A DNA stretch of 64,000 nucleotides from a virus (IMGVR_UViG_2706796241_000001), one strand, 5' to 3'; shown: positions 51,201-62,090, counted from the first letter of the stretch. Made by a program: numbers and translations. The notes: generated by a model not told the origin, from the sequence alone.

Positions 51201-53706
51201 CTGCCTCGAATTTGATATTCACAGAGTTTGCTTTCTTATAACTTACCCTAGCATAGACTGCATTCTCAGGTGACACATACTTTTTACTAAAATCCCCAGA
51301 GTCTGCCACAGCTTCCCCAGAAATAAATGTTCTATTTTTATCGTACCAGTCTGTTATAATCATGTTTGTGCCAGTGTTACCATAAAGTGTAGCAATATAT
51401 GGTGTTTTTTGATTAACTTTAATATAGTCTGACACTACTGAGTTATCTACTGCAGTACCTACAGTTCCATCATTCTCGTTTAGTAAACCTGCTGTCTGTG
51501 TCTTTATAACAAATAAGTTAGTTCCACCTAATGTTAGATTGTTAATAGAATCGTCTACAATTCCTTTAACCTCACTAGCAGTTACTTTTTGACTAATTTG
51601 TTCAGCTTGTATTTCGATTTGTGCCTTATTCGATTGTACACCGTCTTCTACAGTTTGTACTCTAGTAGCTAGTAAAGTAATAGCTTCTGATGTTTGAGTA
51701 ATGTTTGTTTCCATTACAGATATTTTATTACCATAGGCATCTAGCTCTGTTTTAGCTGAGTCCGTTACTTCTTTTAGTAAAGCAATCTTACTTGCGTAAT
51801 AGTCCGAGAATGTCGCTCTAAGGCGTTCTCCGTCTACTATACTAGTTTCATCCATGTCTTTAAACAAAGGCTCTACAAACAGCTCTAGGGCTTTATATTT
51901 AGCTGTATACTCTGCTGTGTCTACTGCGTACTTCTCTGCTTGTGCAATTGTTGTAGGGTATTCCTTAACAATTACATCCCATTCCTTTTTAAGTTGGTAT
52001 TTTTCAGAAGGTGTTAGCTTGTTATCACTTGCTATATCAGATATAAGTTTGTTAGCATTATCTGCATCAATCTTAGCTTGTGAGGCATCTGCCATTGCTT
52101 GTGTTGCATCTAGTGATGCTTGGGATGCTTTTTTCATAGCCTCTGTGATACCGTCTTTTAGTTTTTTACTAATAGAATTTAGTAAAGCTATTCTTGCTGT
52201 ATAGTAAGAATTAAACGTTTTGCGGAGTGTTGCTCCGTCTACCGAGCTAGTTGATTCCATGTCAGCCAATATAGGGGTAACAAATAGCTCTAATGAATTA
52301 TACTTAGCAGTGTAGTCTTTACTATCAACCTCGTAGGTTTCTGCTTGTTCGAGATAGCTTGGATATTCATTTTTTATAATATCCCATTCTTTTAATAAAT
52401 CTATTTTTTCACTTGGAGTCAGTCTGTTATCACTAGACATATCTGCAATCACTTTATTTGCTTTGTCAGCATCTTCTTGTGCTTTTTTAATTGCATCAGA
52501 CATATCTACAAAAGAACTGTCAATCATATCCTGAACTTCTGTCTTTGTTACTTTTGATTCAACTTTACCTGCTACAATTGTTATTTCTGTAGAAAGTTCT
52601 GATATTTTTCCATTTTGTTCTTCTACACCATTAGCTATAATCTCTAATTGACCATTTGTTTCCTTAATCTGTATAGACAACCCATTTAGTTTGTCATATA
52701 CATCGGATAGGTCTACATCGGCTGTAAACAGTTTCCCTTGTGAATAGATACCGTCTTTTCGTACTTCTAAATCCATATCCCCATTACGTAAATAAACGAA
52801 CCCCTCATTGTTGATTCCTAGCTCACTTATTTCTATGCCACCATCAATATTAATAGAGTCTTGTTTTCTTAATTTAACTCTGCCATCTGGTGTCATTTCA
52901 AATAGTGTGCGCCAATCCTCTTCTTTGTTCATCATAGAAGTTCTATAAGTACCATCTGGGTTAATATGAATTAGCAAATCGTGCAAATCTGGTTTGCCAT
53001 CATCGTCAAGTACCCCTTGATGCTTAAACAGTACATTTGGTGCTCTACCTTTCATAGGCTCTATTAGGTCACCATTATTATAGTATGATGTCTCTAAGTC
53101 CTCATATTTAGTACCATAACCTGCATCAGTTGTAGAGGAGTTAGCTACTTCTTTTGTATCAAAAGCAATAAATGATTTACCAGAAAAAGTAACGACACGT
53201 CCTCCTTCTCCATCAACGCTATCATATGTCAATGAAGGGTATAAACTAAATTTTTGGTGCATATCCCCAATTAACTCTAAATCTTTAGGGTCTGAATTTG
53301 AAAATTGTGTTCTTGAAAGTTGCTTGCTTACATCGTTATTATTATAAACACTAATTACAATAGGCATGTCTTTATCGGAATTAATAAAACCAACTAATAC
53401 TACTGTTCCTACTGCTATCGGGTTAACCTGTCCATAAGGCTGTCCAACGATATTTCTACCGCCAAATTCCATAGGAAGTCTCGCAGAAAAACGTCCCTCA
53501 TTTGCATAGGAATTTTGAAATACTTCTTTATGCTGTAAAGCTAGTAGGTCTACTGTATTATATTTATAGTTTACTTGAATTACTTGTGCTAATAGTAGCG
53601 TGTTAATTTGTTGTCCTTCTTTATATACTCTTTTAATTTCTGAGCCTAGACCTGCCTGAAATCTACGTTTTACCAATTTATTCATCCTCTCATCATGTGT
53701 CCTCAT
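48208..53706 (-). CDS. large central tail fibre/spike protein (about 1820-1830 aa)
   Basis: N-terminal OB-fold spike-like region, coiled coils, three DN.L.P.EK repeats, several CBM-like modules; true start probably near 53676. Confidence 0.8.
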   Translation of the reverse strand: MRTHDERMNKLVKRRFQAGLGSEIKRVYKEGQQINTLLLAQVIQVNYKYNTVDLLALQHKEVFQNSYANEGRFSARLPMEFGGRNIVGQPYGQVNPIAVGTVVLVGFINSDKDMPIVISVYNNNDVSKQLSRTQFSNSDPKDLELIGDMHQKFSLYPSLTYDSVDGEGGRVVTFSGKSFIAFDTKEVANSSTTDAGYGTKYEDLETSYYNNGDLIEPMKGRAPNVLFKHQGVLDDDGKPDLHDLLIHINPDGTYRTSMMNKEEDWRTLFEMTPDGRVKLRKQDSINIDGGIEISELGINNEGFVYLRNGDMDLEVRKDGIYSQGKLFTADVDLSDVYDKLNGLSIQIKETNGQLEIIANGVEEQNGKISELSTEITIVAGKVESKVTKTEVQDMIDSSFVDMSDAIKKAQEDADKANKVIADMSSDNRLTPSEKIDLLKEWDIIKNEYPSYLEQAETYEVDSKDYTAKYNSLELFVTPILADMESTSSVDGATLRKTFNSYYTARIALLNSISKKLKDGITEAMKKASQASLDATQAMADASQAKIDADNANKLISDIASDNKLTPSEKYQLKKEWDVIVKEYPTTIAQAEKYAVDTAEYTAKYKALELFVEPLFKDMDETSIVDGERLRATFSDYYASKIALLKEVTDSAKTELDAYGNKISVMETNITQTSEAITLLATRVQTVEDGVQSNKAQIEIQAEQISQKVTASEVKGIVDDSINNLTLGGTNLFVIKTQTAGLLNENDGTVGTAVDNSVVSDYIKVNQKTPYIATLYGNTGTNMIITDWYDKNRTFISGEAVADSGDFSKKYVSPENAVYARVSYKKANSVNIKFEAGTKATDYSPSWEDIKGDQTALEEYIKKVEEQAKKAQQDAENAKNDAENANNAIADMSNDNMLAPNEKKQILLQWEQIKTEYPINLDQATKFGVSSQQYTTAYNALDEYLKPILADMTTTSVVVGSTLRNTFNNYYDKRTTLLNRISDVAKNVADKAQETADTINDNLQNIGGYNYVGFSSGDNMLPRLMIKNVGYYTLGSSTTEFIDSMVAVKGDATTQPFDYTVGTSDKEIAGGGLADYRMKEIKEGQWLTASANVQVIGGGSARLAIYTLEGDNWVGSNSTPIQVSDGLKRVVAQRKVTGLTKGVLIRIESADTNVKEFRFGNVQLEVGIIPTPWKKSDIDIQEDINNVVQNIKTYTAWANDLQGLDFTREKVEGKTYMYVGTSMKDSDNYPDYTWRLTDEHIEGQINGKEGAWIYSPTAPANPSQGLIWVDLSKVPNQPKRWVDSETGWVALTPEEVKDLPWGEDGTSLADWVSQAEQRISSDSIINTVLGSEDFTSVFDTKANTSDLGNLATYEDLDSIKEDYNRLIKEGINGIDFTPYVTNSELQQLKDSFNFSVQQAGGVNMLKNSLGFSGLDFWNGTVGKNLLPNSTWNLGFGRWGGTSITSFEILPPEDDKPTSNILASMPLRSSTKEIGNRPHPLKVNSGETYTVSFDYKEEALSYNKDRPILVVRNYPDKDTDQWMEYSIEGWAVMANGSTTDLTVWRRFTKTFTIGTSGYLDILPKTIIESWEHRSFWRELKIEKGTQATTWVPNKEDGAFTGDIVETIQTEELANLGFGSGFISSKRPSSSLTQSVELPEIGANLEYSLSFYMKVTTDNPVADFKCGIRVYDGGTLTYTLGIEDATQPIPLGFQQYKLVFTPTSTSTKIEMFVENGQEASVIISGIMYNIGSIPLKWQPYPSEIYNTNVKIDINGVTVKNNQTDGYTMITPQEFSGYSRIDGNIERIFTLNGQVTEVKMLKAEKRITMEPVSVFAMNTVTDTKRIRGWAFVPSFE

Positions 53707-53743
53707 TATCTATTATAGCACAATAACTAAAAACTACCTATAC

Positions 53744-53771
53744 AAAAAAATAACCCTAAAAAATAGGGTTA
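53744..53771 (-). terminator. intrinsic terminator
   Basis: TAACCCTA/TAGGGTTA stem plus T-run. Confidence 0.65.
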
Positions 53772-56700
53772 TTTATATCTACGTACATTTCCGTCAAAAG
53801 CGTTCCACCAATAACCTTTAGACATGTCGACAATAACAATACCTGTTTTTGGGGACTCATCCATGTTACCTTTTCCATTACAAGAGACCATCTTACCCTC
53901 ACCACAATATATCCCTACATGGCTAGCTCTGTTAAACCAAACTAAATCTCCTACCTTCATCTTATCAAATAACTCTAAAGACTTCTGACCTCTAGTAGAG
54001 ATAGTTTGTAATTGGTTATCATAGAGTAGTGAACGAGTGGTAACCATTCTAGCTCCACCAGATAGCGATATGCCCGCATGGTAGAAACACCACCAAACAA
54101 ATCCTGCGCTGTCTGTTGCTATAATGTCTTCCTCAAATGGGTCTTTATCTGTATTAGCTCCAAAATTGAAGGCAGATTGGAATGTGGACTCTGTTTTCGA
54201 GTGAGCTCTTCCCCATTTAGTTGCTTCTGTGGCAATGTTATTCCCATAAAGTATTGGGAGCTTTTTAACTTCTACTTTTGGTTTCTTTTCAACAACTGTT
54301 TTAGTTTCTATTTGTTTAACAACTTTCGGCTCTTCTGGTTCTACCGGAGCGCTACGCATCATACGAAATCCGAATGGGGTAGCCATGGCTCTAGCACCAA
54401 CTGTCTTTTTCTTTCCAGAACCTGAACCAGATTTATCGTCCCAGTCTATACTACGCCAATTGTACCCTCCACCATTCATAATTTTAGTTGTTTTTCCAGT
54501 TACATTATTTTTTATAGAAAATACATCGTATAAATGAGAAGGATTTTTTATAAAGTAAACTCCCGCACTGCTTGTGCTCCAACCTTGCCATTTACCTTTA
54601 GACACCTCGAAGTGGGCATGGTCTCCTGATGCTTGTCCTGCAGTCCCTGAGTGCCCTATTACTTCCCCTTTAGCTTTCTTATCCCCTACTTTGTTGCTTG
54701 CCCAGTTGTTGTCGTGTACGCATAATAGTGTTACGTAAGTAACACTACCATCTACACATTTAACAGGCTTTTGAGATTGCCATGCAACCCCTGAGTAAGA
54801 GTCAGTGTACACACATTCGCAGTCAAATGGTGCATAGTAAGGTTTATGAGGAGTACCATCTGAAAAGTCTATTGCAAGTGCTCCCATGTGGCTGTATCCA
54901 CCATTTTCTCCCTGAGTTACATTAATTACGTCTAATGGGAATACCGCTAGCTGAGTTCCTGCACCTGCTGTATACTCTTTACCTGAGCTACCTCCACTAT
55001 CAGAGCCTCCATCATTTTTACTGTTTGCTTCTGCTTGTTCGTCTAGTAGTGCTTGCAAGGTTTTCTCACCTAGCATACCTCCGGAGAAGTCCTCAGATTT
55101 ACCCCATAAATGAGTGAATCTATCGTTTCCTCCATTTTGTAAACCTCTAGTGACCCCAAGAGTAGTGATATACCCTTGTGTATAGGAGAACGAGTGTTCT
55201 ACTGATTCTATGTAGTATTCCCACAACTCACCATTTTGCTCATCTTGAACAAACAAACGGTTACCTAATCTATATTTAGGGTCACCTTTAACTACAATAT
55301 CCCCACTGTAGAAATTAGCGTTTTCACAGTACCAATTTGCTAGTCTTTTAGTGAACTCAGAAACAAATCGTTTATCTGAACCAGTGACGGTTGAGCTATC
55401 ACTTGGGTTATTCTCCATTATTTCTTCATATTTTAGTTTACCTAAGTTACCTTGTGCTTTGTATTCACTAGCAATAGATGTGGCTTGGTTAGGTATCAAA
55501 TTGAAGTAGTTCATTAATTTCTCTTTTATGCTAGATACTCCTAGGTTTTTATCTAACCCATTAAGGAAGTCCCTAACTGCGGTATATGTAGGTTCTACTT
55601 TACCGTTACCCTCTTCTATATTTTCTTCGGTTATTCCTGTAAATTTAGAAAAGTCTTCTTTACTTAATGCTTGATTTGTAATATAGTGGTCTATAATTTT
55701 ATCTGCTTCGTTATCTGTTATACGTCTGTCTACCTGTGTTATTGATGTTCTTACATTACTTTTTTTAACTCTTAGCACATCAACAGGATACCCTTTTAGA
55801 TAGTTTAAGACAAGAGCGTACTCTCTGTCAAACATCTGTTTAGCTGTTGAGCCATCGCTCTCTTTACTATCATTATCACTTTCGGGTTTTGTGTTAGCTT
55901 TATCTCCACTGTTACTCTTATCTATAATTGCTCCTTCTAAATACCTATTAGGTACTTCTAGTTTCTTATAACCATATTTAGAAACTAAATCAGGGAATAC
56001 TTGTGGTTTAGAACCTAACATCATAGAGTCAGTCCCATACAAGTTATTAATAGATATGTTAAATATAGAGTAAGCTTCTGTATCGTTAACTGCTACAGAT
56101 TCAGATATTACTTCTGCAGATGTTACTGTGTAGGTTTGTAATTTTTCCCAATCAGATTTATCAAATGGGGTTCTACGCATAATCATTCTGCATTTACCCT
56201 CTGGTGTTGCATCGAAATATAATTCGTTAAACGGTTTAGCGGTTACATCATCTATAAGTTGCTTTAAAGAACCTTCATAGTTTATGTAAGGGGTACTATC
56301 TATTAGTCTCTCCGCCTCTGTCCAACTATCTAGCTCCCACTCTAAGAACTTATCTATACCTTGACCATTAAAATTAAATTTCATATATTGTAAAAATCTT
56401 TTCATTAAGCTTTCTGCTATTTGACTTGCACTACTACCAGACATTTTTATACCTTCTTGTGCATCGTCAGGCAACCAACCTAAATCTGTCAAAACTACAC
56501 TTACTTCCTGAATAACACCTAAGTCAAACTGCATTAGCGCCTTTGCGAAAGACTGTCCTGTTATCCTGTACATCTTAGAGTTTTCCCCATAGTCACCCTC
56601 TAGTCTAACCTCAGATATTAAACCAACTAGTAGTACAGGGTTATCTGATTTTTTAGTGGAGGAAGTATCTGGGTCTATTTTAAGAATAACTGCATCATTA

Positions 56701-56953
56701 GCATTTAGTACTCTATCCCAATACACGTCCCCTGCTAATACGAATGAGAAGACTGCACTATCATCCTCTAAAGCATTTTTTGTAGTTAAACTAATTACAG
56801 ACTCTGCCATAAAATTATTGCTTACCTTCTCTGCTTCACCGTTATTGTTATTACGTCCAGTAAGCCCATCTTTTGCATCATAAACTATATGGTAGTTGTC
56901 TGTCTCTGTAAAAAAGTTAAATCAAATCTCGGGTATCTTAACTCTACTGACAT
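53769..56953 (-). CDS. tail-associated lysin/hub: M23-like peptidase plus NlpC/P60-like domain (about 1061 aa; apparent frameshift at 56910-56915)
   Basis: HMGALAIDF...GDHAHFEV (M23-like); GDLVWF...SHVGIY (NlpC/P60); ATG at 56953 joins after adding one base. Confidence 0.85.
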
Positions 56954-56991
56954 TATAAACCTCCTTAGAGAAAAGTAGAGACATTAAGCCT

Positions 56992-59900
56992 CTACACTCT
57001 CCTGTATTCTTTTGCGAAGAAATCTGTGAAGGTAGCATCGAGTGTTTTGCTGATAATTCCTGCTGACTTATCACCAATTTCTCTAGCTATACTATCACTT
57101 GTTCCTCCACCTTGTATGGTGACATTAACTGATACCTCATTTGTATTTGTCATCGTAGGAGCTGAACCTGATTGAGCTCCTCCTGTTGCATTTATTTTAG
57201 AAATTGAAGCTCCCCAATCATGACCAGAACCGTTACCTGTTAATCGGAAGTTTTGAGCTGTTTTTCTAGTAGCCTCTGCTAATAAACGTGGGGCTGTCGG
57301 CTGACTAGGATTTATAACATACTCATCTTGACCTGCTACCTCTCCCAGTAGTGCATACTCTGGGCTAGTTATGTGTCCACCCATCGCTCTAGTTTTATTA
57401 CCAGTAGGACCCCATCCTGTGCTACCGTTTTGATAACGGCTATCCCAAGAATTTAGGTCATTTTTCCAATTACTATTATTAAAGAAAGCTAGCAATTGGT
57501 CATACCCGCTCATTATGTTGTCATGACCGTCTACTTTGTATGCATCAAAAGTACTTTGGACATACTGTAGCAAACCTTTAGCTCCGCCATTGCCATTGAA
57601 GTTATTCTCATCAATTATCTGTTGAACGGCGCTCTCGTCACCACTAGACTCCGCCTGAATCAATCTAAGTATTGTATCTATTTCATCGTCAGAAACATCT
57701 ACTCCCATTTTCTTAGATGCTTGTCTAATGGCTTTCTCCCAGTCTCCTCCAAAGTCTTTACTAGAAGCATCTGAACCCATTCCGTCAGAAGAATCTTTAG
57801 AGCTTCCTGAGTTACCGAATATACCATTTTGATTTTTTGCTTGGTTTAGTATACGTTGAGCTCTATCTAATAACTTAGAATAGATAGATAGATTAGCAGA
57901 CTCTTCTGCGTTATTTTCTGCACGTGTTTTCTCAGATAGGACTCGTTTGTTAGCCGTGTCTCTGGCTTCCTGTACTCCTGATTTACTCTCTTGTCCAGAA
58001 GCAACATCTTGCCCTGCAGTTAAGTCTGCTTCTTCCGCATAGGCTTCTTCTCCTCCGAAGAATTTACGAACACCATCAACGAATTTACCGCCTAGTTTAG
58101 AACCTGCTAGAGTACCCCCTATGGCGCCGATACCTCCACCAATAGCTCCTCCGATACCTGTACCAAGACCGGGTGCAATAAATGTACCAATCATTGCCCC
58201 TAGCTTAGCTCCTCCGATACCTCCACCAATAGCTCCAACACTCTCTCCTACCGCCTTTGTTTTATCATCTGCGGTTGCAATATCTAATAGAGAAGAACCT
58301 ATCGCTAGAGGGGTTGCTACCTTACCTAAAAACTTACCTGCTTTACCTAACCCACCAAGAACCTTACTGCCCATTCCGGCACCTTTTAGTCCTTTTGCTC
58401 CTTCAACAGCCTTAGCTCCGACACCCATTGCTGAGTCCTTAGCTACACTACCTACATTTTTAATACCTTGGAACCATCCGCCAGAGCCTTTACCTGCAGA
58501 AAATGCCTCTTTAGCTGATTTTAAAAATCCGCCCCCTGCAGTTACTCCTCCACCTGTACTAAAAGTAGAACGAGTTCCTTTTTTGATTAAACTAGATAAA
58601 CCACCAATAGAGCCTGATGTGGCTAGTGAAACAGCCATAGCTCCTAAGCCTGCTCCTAATGCATATAACGCAGGGGGGAGTGCCCCTAATTTAGAGTTAG
58701 TCTCTCTTAAGATGTCCCCCATATCATTAATCTGTGAAGCTTGTTTCTCTGTAACAGCTTCTGAACGGTTAGCGATTCCTTCTTTAGAGTTTGCGTAGTC
58801 TTCTATGTTCTTATCATATTTGCCTTTTCCTGTAGATTGGCTTTCATTCATTATTCTATCTACGTTATCCTGACTTAAACCACCGTTGGCATAAGCTTCC
58901 CAAATTGCATCTATTTGGTCATTCTTAGCATCTGTACCGAATAGTTCATGTAAGGCACTACCAAAAGCATACTTCTGAGACTTTTCGTCACCGGGAACTG
59001 ATTGTTGGACACTGCCAATAATTTTCTGTAAGTTCTCTGGTGTTGCTCCTTGTTCTTGCATAGCTTTTAAGTCGTACATTCCTGCTAGCCCTTGGAATTG
59101 TGTCCCTTTACCTAAAAGTAAAGATGCCTTATTGTTCCATACACTACCTTGAATACCTGCAGATAAACTTGACATTAACTGTGCCCCTTGCTCACCTTGA
59201 ACAGCACGCTTACCTGTTTGGTTTAGCATTGTTAACATTGCCATTTGTTCTTTAAGCTCTTGATTACTTCCGTTACGACCAGTAAAGCTTTGCTCACTTA
59301 ATGTTTTAAGAGCTTCTAGCTGTTCTTTCTCACGACCTGCCATCCCTGAGCGTTGGATAGCACCTAAGAAACCTTCTTGAATATTCTTAATTTGGTCTCT
59401 ACCACTAATAGCCCCGCTCTTCATTTGACTATTCATGAAGTCACTTAAAGTCTCATTGTCTACTGGAACTGCTCTTGAGCCCTCTGCTAAGGCTCTTGTA
59501 CTCCCTGCTAAGTCCTCTTTACTTGTAAAACCAATATTACTCAATGCATCTTCTTGGAATTGTAACATGTCAGCACCTTTATAGCCTAACTGTTTCTCAA
59601 TACCCATTTCTTGCATACTTTTTCTTAATGCACGGAAGTCACTAGTACCTGTACGTTGTCCTAAAGATATAGATGCATCACGCATACCTGCGTTAGCAGT
59701 TGCTCCTTTTGCGTATAAACCACCTATGGCGGCGGCGGTACCTCCTAGCATAGCCATTGATATAGAAGGTGCACGCTCAGCTAGAACACCACGAGCACTC
59801 TTTCTATCAGCATCTACTTTTATGTCAGATGCATTTAGTGAAGCTTCCTTAGATTTTAAGTTCTCTACAGTCTCTTTAATAGAGTCTGCTAGGCGTTTTC

Positions 59901-60653
59901 TAGCTTCAATTTCTTTCTCAATTTCTTTTATCTCAGCCTGAATACTAGTTTCCCTATTCTTACGAACTTGTCTATCTAAATTTGTATTACTTCTAGTCTC
60001 TGCTAGCTCTTCTTGTCTCTGTTTATATCGTTCTCGTAGCTCTTGCTGTCTGCTTTTATTTTCTGAACCTAGGCTTTCAAATACACCAGTACGTCTAAGG
60101 TCACGCTTCATACTCTCTGACTGATTGTAAGTCATTCTTCCTGTTGCGCTTGCTTGGTTTGCACGATGGTTAACCCTAGAGTTCACTCTGTTTAGTTCCT
60201 GTTGTGCCCTAGAGATATTTCTTATTGCTCTCTCTTGTTCTGTTAACTCATCACGAAATGCCTTTTGTTGCCTTAGTGTACTAGCATTTATGTAATTAGG
60301 GTTAGCTTGCATTCTAGCATGATTTTGAAATTCTTTTTGTGCCTTGTTAAATCTTCTAGTTAGTTCTTCTGCATCCGATACAGCACGTTTATATGCTGTC
60401 ATGTCTCCCATGCTTTCTGCATTTATCTTCTGATTATCAAAAGCTCTATCTAGTTCTTTTTTGCCTTGATAAGCTTTTGCATTTCCTCAACAGCTTTATC
60501 AATGTCTTTCTGACTTGTATGGAAAAAATTCTGGGTGCCCTTTGCACTCTTTGAATCAATTTTATCCATTAACTTGTCTATTTCATTAAGTTTTGCAACA
60601 GCATCCCCAGTCATTGCCTCAACATAAAAACGATAATTGTTGCTCATTTCCAC
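56992..60653 (-). CDS. tape measure protein with lytic transglycosylase domain (about 1220 aa; apparent frameshift at 60457-60462)
   Basis: Helical body, Gly/Ala-rich membrane-like region, IQAESSG...AKGLLQY SLT motif. Confidence 0.88.
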
Positions 60654-60691
60654 ACTTCCTTTACAAGTAAAGGGCAGGGAATACCCTACCC

Positions 60692-61267
60692 TTAAATTTG
60701 AAATTCGTCATCTAATGATGTTGGCTCGACATCTTTGTTAAACAAATCGATAGCCTCCTGAATATCTCCTTGTTTCAACTGTGAGTTAAACTCTAGGTTC
60801 TTACGTTCCTCTTCTAACTCAATTGATGATTTCTCTTGCCATTTGTTTCCACCATGTTTCTCAATACGTCTAGCCTCTTCCATTGCTTTTTTAACATTGT
60901 TAGCAATAAGTTCGTTAATCGTATCTTCTTCAATTGTTGTTCCACCTTCTGCACGGATAGCATCAACTTCTTGGCTTGCCTCCCAACGAGCTTTAAGTTT
61001 AGCCATGTCTTCCTCACTTGTGATTTCACTAAGTTTACGAGCAATTTCTTCCTCATTGTCACCTTCACGAATTGGGGAGAACTCATCATGTGGCTTATCA
61101 TACCATGAATCGTCATAGTCTTGGAACTCACTTTCTAACTGCATTCCCTTAGCTAGTCGTTCTTGTTCTTCTATGTCTCTTTCCATATTATATAAAATCC
61201 ACTCTACTTGGTCACTTGTGAGATTTTGCCACGCAGGGTCACTCGGTAGTACCTTAAATTTTTTCAT
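60692..61267 (-). CDS. tail assembly chaperone, downstream ORF (probably expressed as a frameshift fusion)
   Basis: Directly before the tape measure gene; frame stays open about 28 codons upstream of the ATG, into the end of the previous gene. Confidence 0.75.
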   Translation of the reverse strand: MKKFKVLPSDPAWQNLTSDQVEWILYNMERDIEEQERLAKGMQLESEFQDYDDSWYDKPHDEFSPIREGDNEEEIARKLSEITSEEDMAKLKARWEASQEVDAIRAEGGTTIEEDTINELIANNVKKAMEEARRIEKHGGNKWQEKSSIELEEERKNLEFNSQLKQGDIQEAIDLFNKDVEPTSLDDEFQI

Positions 61268-61334
61268 TATTGCCCATAGATTTCTACTATAGCTATTTCT
61301 AACGAGGGCTTTTATTCCACCTAGTTCTTTAACT

Positions 61335-61808
61335 CTAGTATCGAAAGGAGTTTAGCCATTCACCATAGTCCTTTGCAATTACTCCTAATACATATAAATT
61401 ATAAATTTTTTCATCATCAGCTAGTACTTCTGGTACCTCTACCCCACATACTCGAATAGTTGCTAACATTTGGTAACTTTGGAAAATAAAGTTGCTAACC
61501 GCCATTCCCATGCCTTCTAAATAGGCTTCTCTTCTTGCCTGAATTTTACCATTTTCGATAATATTAGGTGCTTTTATTTTAATATCAAATTCTAAACCAT
61601 ATTCTTTTAAGTTGTAATGCTTAGAAAATACATCATTAACACCCGGGATAATTCTATCTAACTGTTTACGTTCTTCTGCATCATTGTAATATTTCAAAAT
61701 ATTTACTTCTTCATCCGTCAAGTTTTCTCCACGTTGCAACTTTTCTATTAATTGCTCACGTGATAAATTTGGTGTAGGTGTAAATACCTTTTCATTATTT
61801 TCTGTCAT
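61335..61808 (-). CDS. tail assembly chaperone
   Basis: 157 aa, GGAGG RBS, between tail tube and tape measure genes. Confidence 0.75.
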   Translation of the reverse strand: MTENNEKVFTPTPNLSREQLIEKLQRGENLTDEEVNILKYYNDAEERKQLDRIIPGVNDVFSKHYNLKEYGLEFDIKIKAPNIIENGKIQARREAYLEGMGMAVSNFIFQSYQMLATIRVCGVEVPEVLADDEKIYNLYVLGVIAKDYGEWLNSFRY

Positions 61809-61837
61809 TATTATTTCCTCCTAGTTTACTCATAAAT

Positions 61838-61847
61838 TAATATAGCA
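61838..61847 (-). promoter_or_regulatory. putative late promoter
   Basis: TGCTATATTA; an extended -10 TGTGGTATAAT lies just upstream. Confidence 0.6.
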
Positions 61848-61894
61848 CTATCTTTATTATACCACACTATCTAGTTATTTGTATTTATAGTGGC

Positions 61895-61930
61895 AAAAAA
61901 AATAGACCTATATCTGAATTAGGTCTATTT
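61895..61930 (-). terminator. intrinsic terminator
   Basis: AAATAGACCTA/TAGGTCTATTT stem plus T-run. Confidence 0.75.
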
Positions 61931-61943
61931 AAACTTATACTAG

Positions 61944-62090
61944 TTAATCTATTGTTAAGTTTTCTTCTCTTTTTATTTCTTCAACACGTTTCACAACGTC
62001 TTCATAAATAACTGGTGGTACATTTTCTATGTACCCTGCATCTCTAATTACATGTTTTGCATACAATTCTACTAAATATGGATATTTCAC
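61944..62090 (-). CDS. 48-aa small protein, paralog of 44800-44946; not in ORF track
   Basis: GTG start, AGGAGGT RBS; MKYPYLVELYAKHVIRDAGYIENVPPVIYEDVVKRVEEIKREENLTID. Confidence 0.75.
   Translation of the reverse strand: MKYPYLVELYAKHVIRDAGYIENVPPVIYEDVVKRVEEIKREENLTID

Noticed and set aside
93..61118. Plus-strand ORFs in the track (e.g. 93-479, 11526-11951, 58121-58798)
   Set aside because: Antisense shadows of real minus-strand genes, with no recognisable motifs.
36038..61131. Alternate-frame minus-strand ORFs 36038-36220, 40584-40808 and 60814-61131
   Set aside because: Fully nested in longer genes with no supporting signals.
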